In this document: positions 18,867 to 30,606 of the stretch, one piece after another
How the letters are laid out: each line of letters starts with the position of its first letter
Position numbering within the stretch: the stretch's first letter is position 1
Assembly (NCBI GenBank): GCA_963706025.1
Contig: CAVPLM010000005.1
Coordinates: 32,001-96,000, forward strand
Direction: 5' to 3'
Length of the DNA stretch: 64,000 nt
DNA from: an uncultured Actinomycetes bacterium
Lineage (GTDB): Bacteria > Actinomycetota > Thermoleophilia > RBG-16-64-13
Made by a program: the position numbers and the translations under genes
The notes under the pieces: model-generated
What the model was told of the DNA's origin: nothing
Databases searched by the model: none
Seen by the model: only the letters and a program-made list of their open reading frames with translations

Positions 18867-20687
18867 ATGGGACGCTTCGACCACATCCGCAACTTCTCCA
18901 TCATCGCCCACATCGACCATGGGAAATCCACCCTGGCCGACCGCATCCTGCAGATCACCAACACGGTGGCCGAGCGGGAGATGCGGGAGCAGGTGCTCGA
19001 CCGCATGGACCTGGAGCGTGAGCGGGGCATCACCATCAAGGCCCAAGCCGTCCGCATCTACTACCACGCCGAGGACGGCCGGGAGTATCAGTTCAACCTC
19101 ATCGACACCCCGGGCCACGTGGACTTCAGCTACGAGGTGTCCCGGAGCCTGGCCGCCTGCGAGGGAGCCATCCTGGTGGTAGACGCCACCCAAGGCGTGG
19201 AGGCGCAAACCCTGGCCAATGCTCTCCTTGCCCTCGAGAACGACCTGGAGATAGTCCCGGTGCTCAACAAGATCGACCTGCCCGGCGCCGAGCCGGAGAA
19301 GCGGGCGGAGGAGATCGCCAGCGTCATCGGCTGTCCGCGTTCCGACATCCTCCATATCTCGGCCAAGACCGGTGAAGGCGTGCCGGCGGTGCTCGAGGCG
19401 TTGGTGCATCGGATCCCGCCGCCTCAGGGCGACGCCGATGGGCCCCCGCGGGCGCTCATCTTCGATTCGGTCTACGACCAGTATCGGGGCGTCGTGGCCT
19501 TCGTGCGCGTGCGCGACGGGAGCTTCCGCAAGGACGATCCGTTGCTGGCTATGGTCACGCGGCGCCGCAGTGACATAGAAGAGGTGGGCATCTTCAGCCC
19601 CGATATGCTCAAGACCGACATTCTGCACGCCGGCGAGGTGGGCTACATCATCCCCGGCATCAAAGAAGTAGCCGATCTGCGGGTGGGCGACACCCTCACC
19701 CATGCCCAGCGGGCCGCCGCCGAGCCCCTTCCCGGCTACCGCGAAGTCACTCCCATGGTGTTCTGCGGCCTATTCCCCATCGACGGCGAGGATTACCCCG
19801 ATCTGCGCGACGCTCTGGAGAAGCTCAAGCTCAACGATGCCTCCCTCTTCTACGAGCCGGAGACGTCCAAGGCGCTGGGCTTCGGTTTCCGCTGCGGGTT
19901 CCTGGGCCTGCTGCACATGGAGATCGTCCGGGAGCGCCTGACGCGGGAGTTCGGTCTCGACCTGCTCGCCACCACCCCCAACGTGCGCTACGAGATCGAG
20001 CTGCTCACGGGAGAGGTGCTTTCCATAAGCAATCCCGTGGATTTCCCCGAATCCGGTGACATCAAGGAGGTGCGCGAGCCCTACATCGCCGCCACCATCT
20101 TGGTGCCCGCGGAATTCGTGGGTCCGGTGATGGAGCTGTGCAACGACAAGCGCGGGCGCTTCGCCCACATGGAGTACCTGACCTCCGATCGGGTACGTCT
20201 CGATTACGATCTGCCCCTGGCGGAGATCGTGCTCGACTTCTTCGACCTGCTCAAGACCCGCAGCCGCGGCTACGCCAGTCTCGATTACGAGCTCAAGGAC
20301 TTCGAGCCGGGCGACCTGGTGCGTCTCGACATCCGCATTGCCGGCGAGATCGTCGACGCCCTCAGCCTTATCGTGCACGCCGACCGCGCTTACGCCATCG
20401 GGCGGGGGCTGGCCGAGCGGCTACGCAAGAAGATCCCCCGGCAGATGTTCGAGGTGGCCATACAGGCGGCGGTGGGAAGTCGGATCATCGCCCGGGAGAG
20501 CGTGGCCCCTTTGCGCAAGGACGTGCTGGCCAAGTGCTACGGGGGCGACATCACCCGCAAGCGCAAGCTGCTGGAGAAGCAGAAAGCCGGCAAGAAGCGC
20601 ATGAAGATGGTGGGGACGGTGGAGATCCCTCAGGAGGCTTTCCTGGCGGTCCTCGATCTGGGCGAAGGGAAAGAGGGGAAGAGATGA
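18867..20687 (+). CDS. lepA: Translation elongation factor 4
   Basis: [54 protein letters not shown]. Confidence 0.98.
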   Translation: MGRFDHIRNFSIIAHIDHGKSTLADRILQITNTVAEREMREQVLDRMDLERERGITIKAQAVRIYYHAEDGREYQFNLIDTPGHVDFSYEVSRSLAACEGAILVVDATQGVEAQTLANALLALENDLEIVPVLNKIDLPGAEPEKRAEEIASVIGCPRSDILHISAKTGEGVPAVLEALVHRIPPPQGDADGPPRALIFDSVYDQYRGVVAFVRVRDGSFRKDDPLLAMVTRRRSDIEEVGIFSPDMLKTDILHAGEVGYIIPGIKEVADLRVGDTLTHAQRAAAEPLPGYREVTPMVFCGLFPIDGEDYPDLRDALEKLKLNDASLFYEPETSKALGFGFRCGFLGLLHMEIVRERLTREFGLDLLATTPNVRYEIELLTGEVLSISNPVDFPESGDIKEVREPYIAATILVPAEFVGPVMELCNDKRGRFAHMEYLTSDRVRLDYDLPLAEIVLDFFDLLKTRSRGYASLDYELKDFEPGDLVRLDIRIAGEIVDALSLIVHADRAYAIGRGLAERLRKKIPRQMFEVAIQAAVGSRIIARESVAPLRKDVLAKCYGGDITRKRKLLEKQKAGKKRMKMVGTVEIPQEAFLAVLDLGEGKEGKR

Positions 20688-20914
20688 CGGTCGAGTACAT
20701 GGTCCTGGGCGTGGTCCTGATCGTCATGGGTGCAGTGCAGGCCTGGCTGCGACATGGGCCGGGGGCCAAGGAGCTCGACGACGCGGACCGCTCGGAGCCG
20801 CGCTCTCGAGGAGCACGTAGCGGGCGCGCCTGGGAATCCTGGACCGCGATCCTCGGGGGAGTCGGCATTGCGCTTGGCATCGTCCTCGTCGTCTTGGGAG
20901 TCCTGGGTCGCTGA
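20684..20914 (+). CDS. Small two-TM membrane protein
   Basis: ATG overlaps lepA stop; two hydrophobic helices. Confidence 0.6.
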   Translation: MTVEYMVLGVVLIVMGAVQAWLRHGPGAKELDDADRSEPRSRGARSGRAWESWTAILGGVGIALGIVLVVLGVLGR

Positions 20915-21012
20915 AAGACATGCCGGACGGGAGCCGGTGCTGACGCGTCCCCGGGCCGGAAGCGGGCGCCCGCGGATCCGCGGCGCGTACAGGGGAGGGT
21001 CTCACCTATCAC

Positions 21013-22298
21013 ATGAAACACCTCTACGTCCACATACCCTTCTGCCGGTCTCGTTGCGGCTACTGTGATTTCGTCTCCGAACCGGTGGGGCCTCACGCCC
21101 GGGCGGGGCGGGTGGAGCGGTATCTGGACGCCCTGCGGGTCGAACTCGCGGACCGCGTGGCGGGGAGCTCCGACCTGGCGGGGGTCCCGGGGGCTTCAGG
21201 GGTGGCGCGTGCCGCGGGGGTCCCCGGGGCCCGCGTCCCGGGGACCACGACCGCAGGACCCGACCAACGCGATCCTCGTCTCGACATCTTCGAGACCATC
21301 TACGTAGGGGGCGGCACTCCCACCGTCCTACCCGAGGACGGTCTGGTGACCCTCGTCCGGGAGCTATCGGGGTTTCTCGGCGGCCCCAGGGCCGAACTGA
21401 CGGTAGAGGCCAATCCAGGCACGATCGACTGCCGGCTGCTCGAGAGGCTGGCGCGTGCCGGAGCGACGCGGCTCTCCCTGGGCGTGCAGTCCTTCGCGCC
21501 GGCGCTGCGCGCGGCGCTGGGTCGCAGGGTGGCCCAGAAGGAGATCGAGGACGCCTTGGGGGCTATCGCGGAGACCGGCTGGTGCGAATGGAACATCGAC
21601 CTAGTGTTCGGGATCCCCGGGCAGACCTGGGACGACGCTGTCGCCGATCTCGAGACGGTCGTGGCCGCGGGGCCGTCCCACATCTCCCTTTACGATCTCG
21701 CGTATACAGCCGCCTTCAGCGCGCACGTCGACATGACGCGCGGGACCGGCGCGCGGCCCGGCAGCCGTCGTCTGGGCGGAGGAACACTACGCTGGGGCGG
21801 TGGCGAGACTCGAGGGGGCGGGCTATGGGCGCTACGAGGTGTCGAACTTCGCTCTACCCGGTCACGAGTGCCGGCACAACCAAGCGTACTGGAGAGGGGA
21901 GGACTACCTGGGCATCGGTGCCGCCGCCGTTTCCACGGCCGGCGGCGAGCGGTGGACCAACCCACGGTCGGTCGAGGACTACCTGGCCGGCTCCGCGGCG
22001 CGGATCGAGGTCCTTTCTCCCCGTACGCGACTGTGGGAGAAGGCCATGTTGGGTCTGCGGACAAGCGAAGGGGTCGACGAGACCGAGGTCATGCCGGTAC
22101 TCACCAGCCTCTGCCCGAGACCGGCTACTCAGCCAGGGCTGCCTGGAGAGGCACTGTGGTAAACTGCGCTTGAATCCAGGGTTCTTGGATATCAGTAACG
22201 CGGTCATCTCAGCTCTTCTGGTCTCCCCGGAGGAGTCACATCTCACACAGGCGCCGGCAGGCGATGGCACTCACAGAGCGACAAAGAACGATTCTTAA
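21013..22298 (+). CDS. hemW: Radical SAM heme chaperone HemW (apparent frameshifts near 21755 and 22105)
   Basis: LYVHIPFCRSRCGYCDF, GGGTP, EANP, YEVSNFA, HNQAYW; lepA-hemW-hrcA synteny. Confidence 0.85.
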
Positions 22299-23316
22299 CA
22301 GCGTCACCGAGCGCTACATATACACAGGGGCCCCGGTCCCGTCGAAAGAATTGGTCGGCGCGGCCGGGCTCAACGTCTCCTCGTCGACGGTGCGGAGTGA
22401 GTTCGCGCTGCTCGAGGAGAGGGGCTATCTCACTCATCCCCATACCTCCGCCGGCAGGGTTCCCACCGACCTGGGCTATCGGGAGTTCGTCGACCACCTG
22501 ATGAGCGGCGCTGGGTTGCGCCAGAGGGCTCGCCTGAGCGCCTACCCGGGAATCCTGGACGCGGTGCTCTCCGAAGATCTTGCCGGCGAGATCGACACAA
22601 CACTTCGCCAGGCCACCGATGCGATGTCGAAGGCCACCAACTTGCTGGCCCTCGCCCTCGCGCCCCGGGTGAGCGGCGCCCGCTTGTGTCACGTGGAACT
22701 CCTTGCCCTCCATCCCAGCCAGCTCATGTACGTGTTCATCGTATCGACCGGCGGCGTCATGAAAGGCGTGATCGACTGGTCGCATGCCGTCGATCCAGGT
22801 CTGGTGGAGTGGGCGCGCACCTACTTGAACGAGACCCTCAACGACCACACGCTGACTGTCCGGCTGATCCGCCGGGCGCTTGACAATCCCGAGTTGAGTC
22901 CTCGAGAAGCCGGCTTTCTTCGGGCCTTGGCGCCCGCTTTCGAGAAGCTGGTCGACGAGCATTCCCAAGAGGAGCTCTTTGTCGGCGGGGCCTCGCGGCT
23001 GTTGGCCGAACCGCGGCTGCAAGATGTCTCTTCGCTTCGCGACCTGCTCTCCCTCTTGGAGGAGCGTTTCCTCTTGCTGCAGGTACTGAGAACCGCGCTG
23101 GGGGCGGGGACGGTCGTGGTGAGGATCGGCAGCGAGCACGAAGCCACCGCCCTGCAACCGTTCTCCGTGGTGGCGGCCAGCTATGGACTGCCTCAGCGCC
23201 GGCTGGGAACCGTAAGCCTGGTGGGCCCCACCCGCATGGACTATGAGACCGCCATCGCCACGGTGCGGGAGACCGCCCAACGGCTTTCCGAACTCGTCGG
23301 GTCGCGCTACGAATGA
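22264..23316 (+). CDS. hrcA: Heat-inducible transcription repressor
   Basis: VSSSTVR, HPHTSAGRVPTDLGYR, VGPTRMDY. Confidence 0.95.
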   Translation: MALTERQRTILNSVTERYIYTGAPVPSKELVGAAGLNVSSSTVRSEFALLEERGYLTHPHTSAGRVPTDLGYREFVDHLMSGAGLRQRARLSAYPGILDAVLSEDLAGEIDTTLRQATDAMSKATNLLALALAPRVSGARLCHVELLALHPSQLMYVFIVSTGGVMKGVIDWSHAVDPGLVEWARTYLNETLNDHTLTVRLIRRALDNPELSPREAGFLRALAPAFEKLVDEHSQEELFVGGASRLLAEPRLQDVSSLRDLLSLLEERFLLLQVLRTALGAGTVVVRIGSEHEATALQPFSVVAASYGLPQRRLGTVSLVGPTRMDYETAIATVRETAQRLSELVGSRYE

Positions 23317-23327
23317 GACGCGGGTAG

Positions 23328-24485
23328 ATGAAACGCGACTACTACGAGGTCCTCGGGGTCCAGCGCGACGCCGATCTCCAGCAGATTAAGAGGGCCTACC
23401 GCAAGCTGGCGCGAGAGCATCATCCCGACGTCAACCAATGTGACCCCGAATGTGAAGAGAAGTTCAAGGAGGCCACCGAGGCCTACGAAGTGCTGTGCGA
23501 TTCGGAGAAGCGCGGGGTCTACGATGCCTACGGGCACGAGGGATTGCGTCGGAGAGGAGCGGGTGGCGGGGGCGGCTTCGGTTTCGACGACTTCCCGGGG
23601 TTCTCAGATCTCTTCGAGAACCTGTTCGGCTCCTTTGGGGGCGGTGCGTTCGCGGGCGGGGGTCCGTTCGCGGCCACTCGGCCCATGGGTCCTGCTCGGG
23701 GCGACGATCTGGCCGTCGAGGCGCAGCTTACCCTCGAGGATGCCGCCTTCGGGGTGGAGAAAGAGATCACCTTCAAAGCCCAAGGTACCTGTCCCACCTG
23801 CGAGGGCGTGGGCACGACCGATCCGTCTTCTGTCGAGAGCTGCAGCCAGTGCGGAGGCCTCGGCCGGGTACGCACCGTCCGGCGCACCATGTTGGGGCAG
23901 TTCGTGCAGACCGGTCCTTGCCCGCACTGTGCCGGACTGGGGCAGGTCATCAAGTCGCCCTGCAAGGAGTGCCGGGGCGAGGGCAGGGTGCTCGCCGAGC
24001 GCAAGGTTACCGTGCAGATACCGGCCGGCATCGATGCCGGGCAGCGTATCCGGGTGTCAGGACGAGGGGGTGCGGGCGAACGAGGCGCCCGGTCGGGCGA
24101 CCTGTACGTGCGCGTCCGGGTGGAACCGCACGAGCTTTTCGAACGCCGGGGTGACGATATCCTCTACGGCGTCCAACTCACCATGGTCCAGGCTGCCCTG
24201 GGGGCCATTCTGACCATCCCCACCCTGGATGGTGACACGGAGGTGGAATTCGCGCCTGGTACCCAGCCGGGTGAGAGAAAGGTGCTGCGGGGCAAGGGAG
24301 TGCCGCATCTGAACGGGCATGGCCGCGGCGACCAGGAGATACAGATCACGGTACTGATCCCCCACGACTTGGACGAAGAGCACCGACAACTCCTTCGGGA
24401 TTTCGACGACGCCCTCACCGAGGAGCAATACGCCCCCAAGGCTGAGGGAGTACTTCACAAGCTCCGCAACCTGTTCAACGGTTGA
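23328..24485 (+). CDS. dnaJ: Chaperone DnaJ
   Basis: [11 protein letters not shown], four CxxCxGxG repeats. Confidence 0.97.
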   Translation: MKRDYYEVLGVQRDADLQQIKRAYRKLAREHHPDVNQCDPECEEKFKEATEAYEVLCDSEKRGVYDAYGHEGLRRRGAGGGGGFGFDDFPGFSDLFENLFGSFGGGAFAGGGPFAATRPMGPARGDDLAVEAQLTLEDAAFGVEKEITFKAQGTCPTCEGVGTTDPSSVESCSQCGGLGRVRTVRRTMLGQFVQTGPCPHCAGLGQVIKSPCKECRGEGRVLAERKVTVQIPAGIDAGQRIRVSGRGGAGERGARSGDLYVRVRVEPHELFERRGDDILYGVQLTMVQAALGAILTIPTLDGDTEVEFAPGTQPGERKVLRGKGVPHLNGHGRGDQEIQITVLIPHDLDEEHRQLLRDFDDALTEEQYAPKAEGVLHKLRNLFNG

Positions 24486-25726
24486 TGGTCGAGGCTTCGG
24501 CCGGCGGGAGCACCCTCGGGGACAGCGGGACGGACCGGGCCCTTCGCCTCGCCGTCCCCGCAGGCTCGGCTGATATCGTGGGGGCCGTCCTTATGGATCT
24601 TCTGGGTCCCTTCGAGCAGGAGGAGCCCGCCGAAAACGACTCAGACGGGACGGTCGTCCTGGTCTTCTATCCAGGCTCCGACGCGGCGATGACGCTCGAT
24701 GACGTGTTGGCGGCCTTGCCTGCTGAGATCCGCGAACGCGATTCGGGCCTGTTCCGGATCGAGGTAAGGGAGGTGTCTCGGGAGTGGGTCGAAGGCTGGA
24801 GGGCCCACTTCCATCCCGTTGTCGTCGGGGCGGTGCGCATCCGGCCCCCGTGGGAGCCGGCTCTGTGTGGTGGCGTTCGGTCGGCCGGCGGTATGGGGCA
24901 GAGCGGGGGGACAGGGCCGGGCCCCGGCTTGGAGCCTAGTTCCGGCCTCGTGGAAGTGGTCATCAATCCCGGACTCGGCTTCGGCACCGGTCTGCATCCG
25001 ACCACGAGGGGGGCTCTGCTGCTGCTCCAAGAAGCGCCGGGGGATACGACTCCGCAGCCGGGCGGGCGGGGCACACACCGGCTCCGAGGACCGCTGGTGG
25101 ACGCCGGGACAGGGTCCGGGGTCCTTGCCATCGCGGCTGCAAAGATGGGCTGGGCGCCGGTTCTTGCCTTCGAAAACGATCCCGTGGCCTTGGTCTCGGC
25201 CCGCGAGAACATCCAGGTGAACGGGGTTCAGGACGGCGTGGAGGTGCGTGAGATCGATGTGGCCGAGGCTCCCCTCGACCGGCTCGATGGGGCCACCGTG
25301 CTTGCGAACATGACCCTGGAACCGGTCTCTTGCCTGCTCCGGCGGCTGGGCGAAGGGCGAAACGTTCCCGAGGACGGCTCCGGCGGGGTCGCGGTAGGGG
25401 GCACAGCCGGTGTCCCCGCCCCGGGGCCCGTCGCGGCCGCGACGATCCCGGCGGCGGGCCGGCCCAGCCGCCTGGTGGTCTCGGGCATACTCGCGGGTGC
25501 GCAGGAGCGGGAGCTCCTGCGCACCGCTCGAAAATGCGGCTTCATCGCCCGGCGGCGGATCTACGAGGACGAGTGGGTAAGCCTGGAGCTTCTCCCGGCG
25601 CCGGCCCGCGGAGGCGTCCTGGCCCTGGCTGATGGCGCCGCCTCGATGTCGGCCGGCAGGGGCGGGTCGACGTCGGCCGGCGGGGGCCTCTCGGCTCCGG
25701 ACTCGGCCCCGGGGGACGGAGGCTAG
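24482..25726 (+). CDS. prmA: Ribosomal protein L11 methyltransferase
   Basis: [31 protein letters not shown]; follows dnaJ. Confidence 0.88.
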   Translation: MMVEASAGGSTLGDSGTDRALRLAVPAGSADIVGAVLMDLLGPFEQEEPAENDSDGTVVLVFYPGSDAAMTLDDVLAALPAEIRERDSGLFRIEVREVSREWVEGWRAHFHPVVVGAVRIRPPWEPALCGGVRSAGGMGQSGGTGPGPGLEPSSGLVEVVINPGLGFGTGLHPTTRGALLLLQEAPGDTTPQPGGRGTHRLRGPLVDAGTGSGVLAIAAAKMGWAPVLAFENDPVALVSARENIQVNGVQDGVEVREIDVAEAPLDRLDGATVLANMTLEPVSCLLRRLGEGRNVPEDGSGGVAVGGTAGVPAPGPVAAATIPAAGRPSRLVVSGILAGAQERELLRTARKCGFIARRRIYEDEWVSLELLPAPARGGVLALADGAASMSAGRGGSTSAGGGLSAPDSAPGDGG

Positions 25727-25731
25727 GCCCG

Positions 25732-27711
25732 TTGGCCCGCCACACGCCAGGTCGCGGCCGGTCCGACCGGCGCCGGGCCACATTGGTGCGGGCCGGCCTG
25801 ATCCCGCCCGGCGATCCCACCGGGCGCTCGGCCAATATCGCCGGGGTGGTAGTGCGCCGGGGCAAGAGCCTGGAGGTGGAACCCCTGTTCCAGCCCGGTC
25901 CGGCGCTGCCTTTGGAGCGAGGCTCCGTCAAACCTCAGCCCGGCGATCTGGTGCTGTTCACCTTCTCCTACGGGTTCAAGGCCCAGATCGTCCGTTCCCT
26001 GGGCAAGAGTCATGTGCTTGGCGACGTGTTGGAAGCTCTGCTGGTCGATAGCCTGGTGCAGCGGGGTTTCGGCCCCAAGGTGTTGGCGGAGGCGGCCGAA
26101 GCGGCCGAGCTCCATGCGCGACACGACTCCTACCGCGGCGATCTCCGCGATCTCTACACGTTCACCGTCGATCCGGTTATGGCTCAGGATTTCGACGATG
26201 CTCTTTCATTCGAACGAACCCCCGATGGGACCACCACCGTGTACGTCCACATCGCCGACGTTTCGTACTTCGTGCGCGAGGAGACGGCGCTGGACCGAGA
26301 GGCGCTACGGCGGGGGAACTCGGTGTATGTAGCCACGGGGGTGGAACCCATGCTGCCGCCGCAGTTGTCGTCGGGAGTCTGCTCGCTGCGGCCGGAAGAA
26401 AGCCGCAAGGCCGTGACCGTGGAGATGGAGGTGGACGACCAGGGTGGTGTGCTGCAGACCCGCTTCTATCGATCGCTCATCCGCAGCGACCGGCGGTTGG
26501 ACTACGAGCAGCTGGAACGCATGTTCAGGGGGTCCGAACCGCTGGACGAGGACCTGGCGCGGCCTCTCGAATGGGGGAGGGCGCTGGCCCGGACGTTACG
26601 AGAGATCAGGCACGAGCGAGGCAGCCTGCGCATCGAGTCGGTTGAGCCGGAATTCGAGTGGGACGAGCACGGGCAGGTGATCGCCGCCGATCCGAGTGAA
26701 GAGCTGGAGAGCCACTGGTTCATCGAGGTCTTCATGGTGCTGGCCAACGAACAGGTGGCGTCTTTTCTCGAAAGGGAGCACGTCCCTACCGTCTATCGGG
26801 TGCACGACCTGCCCGACCCCTTCCACGTTGATCACCTGCTCGACGTCCTGTCGAGCCTGGGGCTGCCCACCCCAGTCTTCGACCCGATGGCGGCCACGCC
26901 GCAGGAGATCCGTCGCGTCACTCGAGAGACCGCGGACTGGGTCGATCGCTACACGCCCGCGGGCCGGGGCAAGGCCGCGCTGGTGCAGCAGGTGCTTCGC
27001 GCCCAGGCCCGGGCGGTCTATCAGATTGCCAACATCGGCCACTTCGGACTGGCCTCCCAGAGCTACTGCCACTTCACGTCGCCTATTCGCCGCTATCCCG
27101 ATCTGCTGGTGCACCGGGGGTTGTTGGCGCAACTGGGTCTGGGTCCGGCGCCCACCACCTCGGTGCTTGGCGATTGGGCCGAGCACTGCTCCCAGACCGA
27201 GCGCGAAGCCGCCAAGATCGAACTGAAGGCCGATGACATAGCGCTCAGCCATTTGTTGAGGCGACGCCTGGACGAGGAAGGTTGGCAGGAGAGCCGCTTC
27301 GAGGGTCAGGTTCTGAGCCTGACCCGGCGGGGGATGTTCGTCCTTTTCGACCGCCTGTTCCAGGGCTATCTCTCGGTGCGGGAGCTTCCCCTGGACCAAT
27401 ACGAGCTCAACGACCTGGAGACGGCGCTGGAGGGCAGACGTTCCGGCAAGGCCTACAAGATCGCCGATATCTTGCCGGTGCGCGTCGTCGCCGTGGACGA
27501 AGCCCGGGGGAGGGTCGACCTGACCTTGGCCGAGGGCGCGGACGGGGAAGACGACCGCGACTCCGGGGCCGCGCCCGGACGGACGTCCGTCCGGGCGCCC
27601 GGAGGCCGGGATGGATCGCGAGGCCGCCACGGCGGGCCTCGCAAGACCCGGTCGCCTCGGACCCGCTCGGCTCGGACGACACGTCCGCCTCAAGCCCGCG
27701 GCAAACGATAG
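25732..27711 (+). CDS. rnr: RNase R / RNase II family exoribonuclease
   Basis: TVDP..AQDFDDA, VHIADVS, HFTSPIRRYPDL, S1 domain, basic tail; upstream of smpB. Confidence 0.88.
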   Translation: MARHTPGRGRSDRRRATLVRAGLIPPGDPTGRSANIAGVVVRRGKSLEVEPLFQPGPALPLERGSVKPQPGDLVLFTFSYGFKAQIVRSLGKSHVLGDVLEALLVDSLVQRGFGPKVLAEAAEAAELHARHDSYRGDLRDLYTFTVDPVMAQDFDDALSFERTPDGTTTVYVHIADVSYFVREETALDREALRRGNSVYVATGVEPMLPPQLSSGVCSLRPEESRKAVTVEMEVDDQGGVLQTRFYRSLIRSDRRLDYEQLERMFRGSEPLDEDLARPLEWGRALARTLREIRHERGSLRIESVEPEFEWDEHGQVIAADPSEELESHWFIEVFMVLANEQVASFLEREHVPTVYRVHDLPDPFHVDHLLDVLSSLGLPTPVFDPMAATPQEIRRVTRETADWVDRYTPAGRGKAALVQQVLRAQARAVYQIANIGHFGLASQSYCHFTSPIRRYPDLLVHRGLLAQLGLGPAPTTSVLGDWAEHCSQTEREAAKIELKADDIALSHLLRRRLDEEGWQESRFEGQVLSLTRRGMFVLFDRLFQGYLSVRELPLDQYELNDLETALEGRRSGKAYKIADILPVRVVAVDEARGRVDLTLAEGADGEDDRDSGAAPGRTSVRAPGGRDGSRGRHGGPRKTRSPRTRSARTTRPPQARGKR

Positions 27712-27912
27712 CCGGCGCGGGCGGCCGTCGGTGCCGCACCCAGCGGCTTGGCGGGCGCCGGTCGGACCCGATCGGCGCACCCGCCCGTGGGGGTCGCCTG
27801 GTCCGCGGCCGCTGCCGTGGCGCCCCGGGGTCCCTTTCGCCGCGGCAAGTCGGAAACAGGACAACCCAGGACGCGCGCCGGCCGGTTCCCCCTCGGCTAT
27901 ACTCCGTGGACT

Positions 27913-28383
27913 ATGAGACCCATCGGCATCAAGCTCATCGCGCAGAACAAGAAGGCCTACCACGACTATCACATCGAGGAGACGCTGGAGGCCGGCATCG
28001 CCCTGACCGGCACCGAGGTCAAGTCACTCCGCGCCGGTCGGGTCAACCTGCGCGACTCCTATGCCGCCGTGGAGAAGGGCGAGTTGTTCCTCGTCGGGAC
28101 CCACATCAGCCCCTACGAACAGGGGAACATCTTCAACCACGATCCTCTTCGGTCCCGTAAGCTGCTGGTCCACGCTCGGGAACTACGCCGCCTGTACGGG
28201 AAGGTGCAGGTGGCGGGCTACACCTTGGTGCCCACCAAGCTGTACTTCAAGGATGGTCGGATCAAGGTGGAGATCGGACTGGCCAAGGGCAAGACCACCT
28301 ACGACAAGCGCCAGACCTTGGCCAAGAAAGAAGCCCAGCGCGACATGGAGAGGGCTTTCCGCTCGCGCGATCGCGAGGAATAG
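27913..28383 (+). CDS. smpB: SsrA-binding protein
   Basis: [31 protein letters not shown]. Confidence 0.97.
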   Translation: MRPIGIKLIAQNKKAYHDYHIEETLEAGIALTGTEVKSLRAGRVNLRDSYAAVEKGELFLVGTHISPYEQGNIFNHDPLRSRKLLVHARELRRLYGKVQVAGYTLVPTKLYFKDGRIKVEIGLAKGKTTYDKRQTLAKKEAQRDMERAFRSRDREE

Positions 28384-28417
28384 CGGGCGCGGGACTCAGC
28401 GTCTTTGCCGCAAAGAC

Positions 28418-28687
28418 TCACAGAGGGCGGTAGACATCCGCTCGATGCCAGGTCCGCACGACCAGCACGAGTTTCGCGTCGTCGTTCACGGCATACACCA
28501 CGCGGTATGCGCCTCGACGGGCCGACCAGTATCCGGAGAGTTGCCGGCTCAGGGGTTTGCCGACCCGCCTCGGTTGCTCGACAAGGGCGCCGGTGATGAA
28601 CTCAACTACCGCCGCCGCGACCGGGCCGGGAATACGTTCGAGGGACCGGGCGGCACTGGCCGAGACCCGGAGTTCGAACGGGCTCAA
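28418..28687 (-). CDS. RelE-family toxin
   Basis: PRRVGKPL, WSARRGAYRVVY, HRADVYR. Confidence 0.88.
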   Translation of the reverse strand: MSPFELRVSASAARSLERIPGPVAAAVVEFITGALVEQPRRVGKPLSRQLSGYWSARRGAYRVVYAVNDDAKLVLVVRTWHRADVYRPL

Positions 28688-28956
28688 CGCGCCAAGAAAC
28701 GCGCGCGTAGCTCAGCGGACGTAAGATAGGCGCCGGTTTCCAACTCCTGCCTCGCTGTCTGGATCTCCTGGAGAGCGTTGGGGCTGGAGAGCAGATCGAG
28801 GGTCTCCTCGAGAGTCTCCAGGTCGTCCGGGCTCATGATGATCGCCGCCGCTCGGCCATTCCGCGTAAGGATCACCCGATCGTGCTCGGCTTCGACCTGG
28901 TCGATGATCTCCGAGAGATGAGCTTTGACTCTCGCCAAAGGTACTGTTCTGTCCAT
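28684..28956 (-). CDS. Phd/YefM antitoxin
   Basis: VKAHLSEIID.V, ILTRNGRAAAIIMS, LEETL. Confidence 0.88.
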   Translation of the reverse strand: MDRTVPLARVKAHLSEIIDQVEAEHDRVILTRNGRAAAIIMSPDDLETLEETLDLLSSPNALQEIQTARQELETGAYLTSAELRARFLAR

Positions 28957-28974
28957 GACCATAATTATAGTCAT
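28955..28974 (-). promoter_or_regulatory. Palindromic TA operator overlapping a TATAAT -10 box
   Basis: ATGACTATAATTATGGTCAT near-perfect palindrome; ATG 7 nt after TATAAT. Confidence 0.65.
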
Positions 28975-29204
28975 ATTCTCCCCGAGGGTCCAGTCGACGG
29001 AATCCGGCCCGTTTGGCCTGGGGAGAGCCTAGCCCGGGGCCTCGAGGTAGGCCGTACAACCAAGGGCTGAGTCTGGCGCGTTGGTGCCACTGTAGGCCGA
29101 GGGCGTGGGGCCCAGGGGCTCTCGCAAGGTCGTCCGGACCGGGGTGCTGTATACTTGCATAGCTCAGATGGCGCGGTTTCAGGGACCGGGCGTCTGGGCC
29201 TCGT

Positions 29205-29568
29205 GGGGGCGACATGGTTTCGACGGGGCTCATGTCTGAGTTTGGGTAGCGAGCCGAGATCCCGGCCGTTCTCGTTAAACAGGCTGGAAAACAACAATTG
29301 CCAAACCTGAATTGGCTCTGGCCGCTTAGTCTGACTAAGACTTAAGCGCCTGTCGCGCCTCCCGTGCCTGCCGGGGAGGGCCGCGGCATAAACCAGGCGG
29401 GCTTACTCTCGGCGAGCACCGCCGGCGTCGGGGGGACATTCAGGTGGTTGGCCGGACGCACCCAGCTCCTACGGGGGCGCGAGGCGAGAAACGTAGTAGG
29501 GGCTACGCTCGTAGAAACCTGGGCCAGACGGGTTTCGGACGGGGGTTCGATTCCCCCCGCCTCCACCA
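29205..29568 (+). ncRNA. ssrA: tmRNA; tag peptide AKPELALAA (29300-29329)
   Basis: GGGGGCGAC...TTCGAC 5' end, GGGTTCGATTCCC...CTCCACCA 3' end, tag ending LALAA, near smpB. Confidence 0.96.
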
Positions 29569-29790
29569 TTCGGGATCGCTCGATCTCGCGACGATCGCGC
29601 TGCGGCCGCACTTGTGCGTCCCCTTGTACCCCCCGACCCGGGTGACGGCCACCCGCTTTGTGCTCATGGCATAGTCTCGTCGTGAGACAGGGGAATCGTC
29701 ATCTTTCTCGAATCTTCTCCTGTCGGAGGTCAGCCTCGGCCTAGTTTGGGCATGTCGGATTCGAATCGGCCGCCTCGGAGGGAGAATGGT

Positions 29791-30237
29791 ATGACTAGGG
29801 GCATGATCACGGCAGTGGCGGTGATCGTCGTGATAGTGCTGGCGGCTGTGGCGGGCGGACTGATCTGGGGATGTGAGAGCTGCGGCACCGACGGGACGAG
29901 TAGCAGCTCGACCAGCGCCGGCGCGGGCACGACGGTCGCAGAGGCGACCACCACCGTCCCGGAGTCGAGCACCACCACGGCTGGTGTGACCACCACCATG
30001 GCTAGTGTAACCACCACCAGCACTATCCAGTCGACGACCACGACGATCGGGCCCGTCACCTCCACGACTTCAGTGACTGCGAGCCCCGATACGTCCACCC
30101 CCGCTCCGAGCGACATCACCGCCGGTGGGGGCGGTACGGCCGGCCTTGGGGCAGGAATGTGGGCGCTCGTCGCGCTGGCGGCGGTTCTGTGTCTCGGCCT
30201 CGTAGGATCCGCTGTTCGGCTGTACCAGAAGGGTTAG
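29791..30237 (+). CDS. Ser/Thr-rich exported protein with C-terminal sortase-type signal
   Basis: N-terminal hydrophobic helix, Thr/Ser tract, PSDITAGGGGTAG, TM segment, basic tail. Confidence 0.75.
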   Translation: MTRGMITAVAVIVVIVLAAVAGGLIWGCESCGTDGTSSSSTSAGAGTTVAEATTTVPESSTTTAGVTTTMASVTTTSTIQSTTTTIGPVTSTTSVTASPDTSTPAPSDITAGGGGTAGLGAGMWALVALAAVLCLGLVGSAVRLYQKG

Positions 30238-30374
30238 CAGCGCTGGAGCCCGCGCCCACGTTGGTGGTCGGCGAGGCCGGGGCCACCGGGACATCGTCGG
30301 CGCAACAAGATCGGCTCAGGCGGATTGCCAGTGGCTCTACCCACATCACAGTGTTTCGATCTCAGAAGAATATA

Positions 30375-30403
30375 TTGCACTCTGCGTACACCAATTGTAT
30401 AAT
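30375..30403 (+). promoter_or_regulatory. Sigma-70-type promoter
   Basis: TTGCAC-N17-TATAAT. Confidence 0.7.
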
Positions 30404-30454
30404 CGCGATGAGCAGTCTCGCCGGATCTGTGGTGGAAGCAGCAGACGAAGCGAG

Positions 30455-30548
30455 ATCGGGGTGCAGTGACCTCATAGGACCAGCATCGGTTGCCCGGGAG
30501 TGCGGCGCACTCCAGTCCTCTGAGAGAGCGAGTGGTGAGACCGACCCG
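30455..30548 (+). ncRNA. c-di-GMP-II-like riboswitch
   Basis: Kink-turn-like GCAGTGA...GAGC, stem CTCATAGGAC/GTCCTCTGAG, CACT/AGTG pseudoknot pair, conserved 3' GAGCGAGTGGTGAGACCGACC; lies in the 5' UTR. Confidence 0.6.
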
Positions 30549-30606
30549 GATGCCCGGCAAGATGGCCGGGCGACCACGACGGAACGCTCTCTAGGAGGGG
30601 TGACTG

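Noticed and set aside
18717-19703. 328-aa minus-strand ORF as a full integrase
   Set aside because: All but the last ~31 codons are the antisense shadow of lepA.
20915-23330. CIRCE operator for hrcA/dnaJ
   Set aside because: No TTAGCACTC-N9-GAGTGCTAA match was seen.
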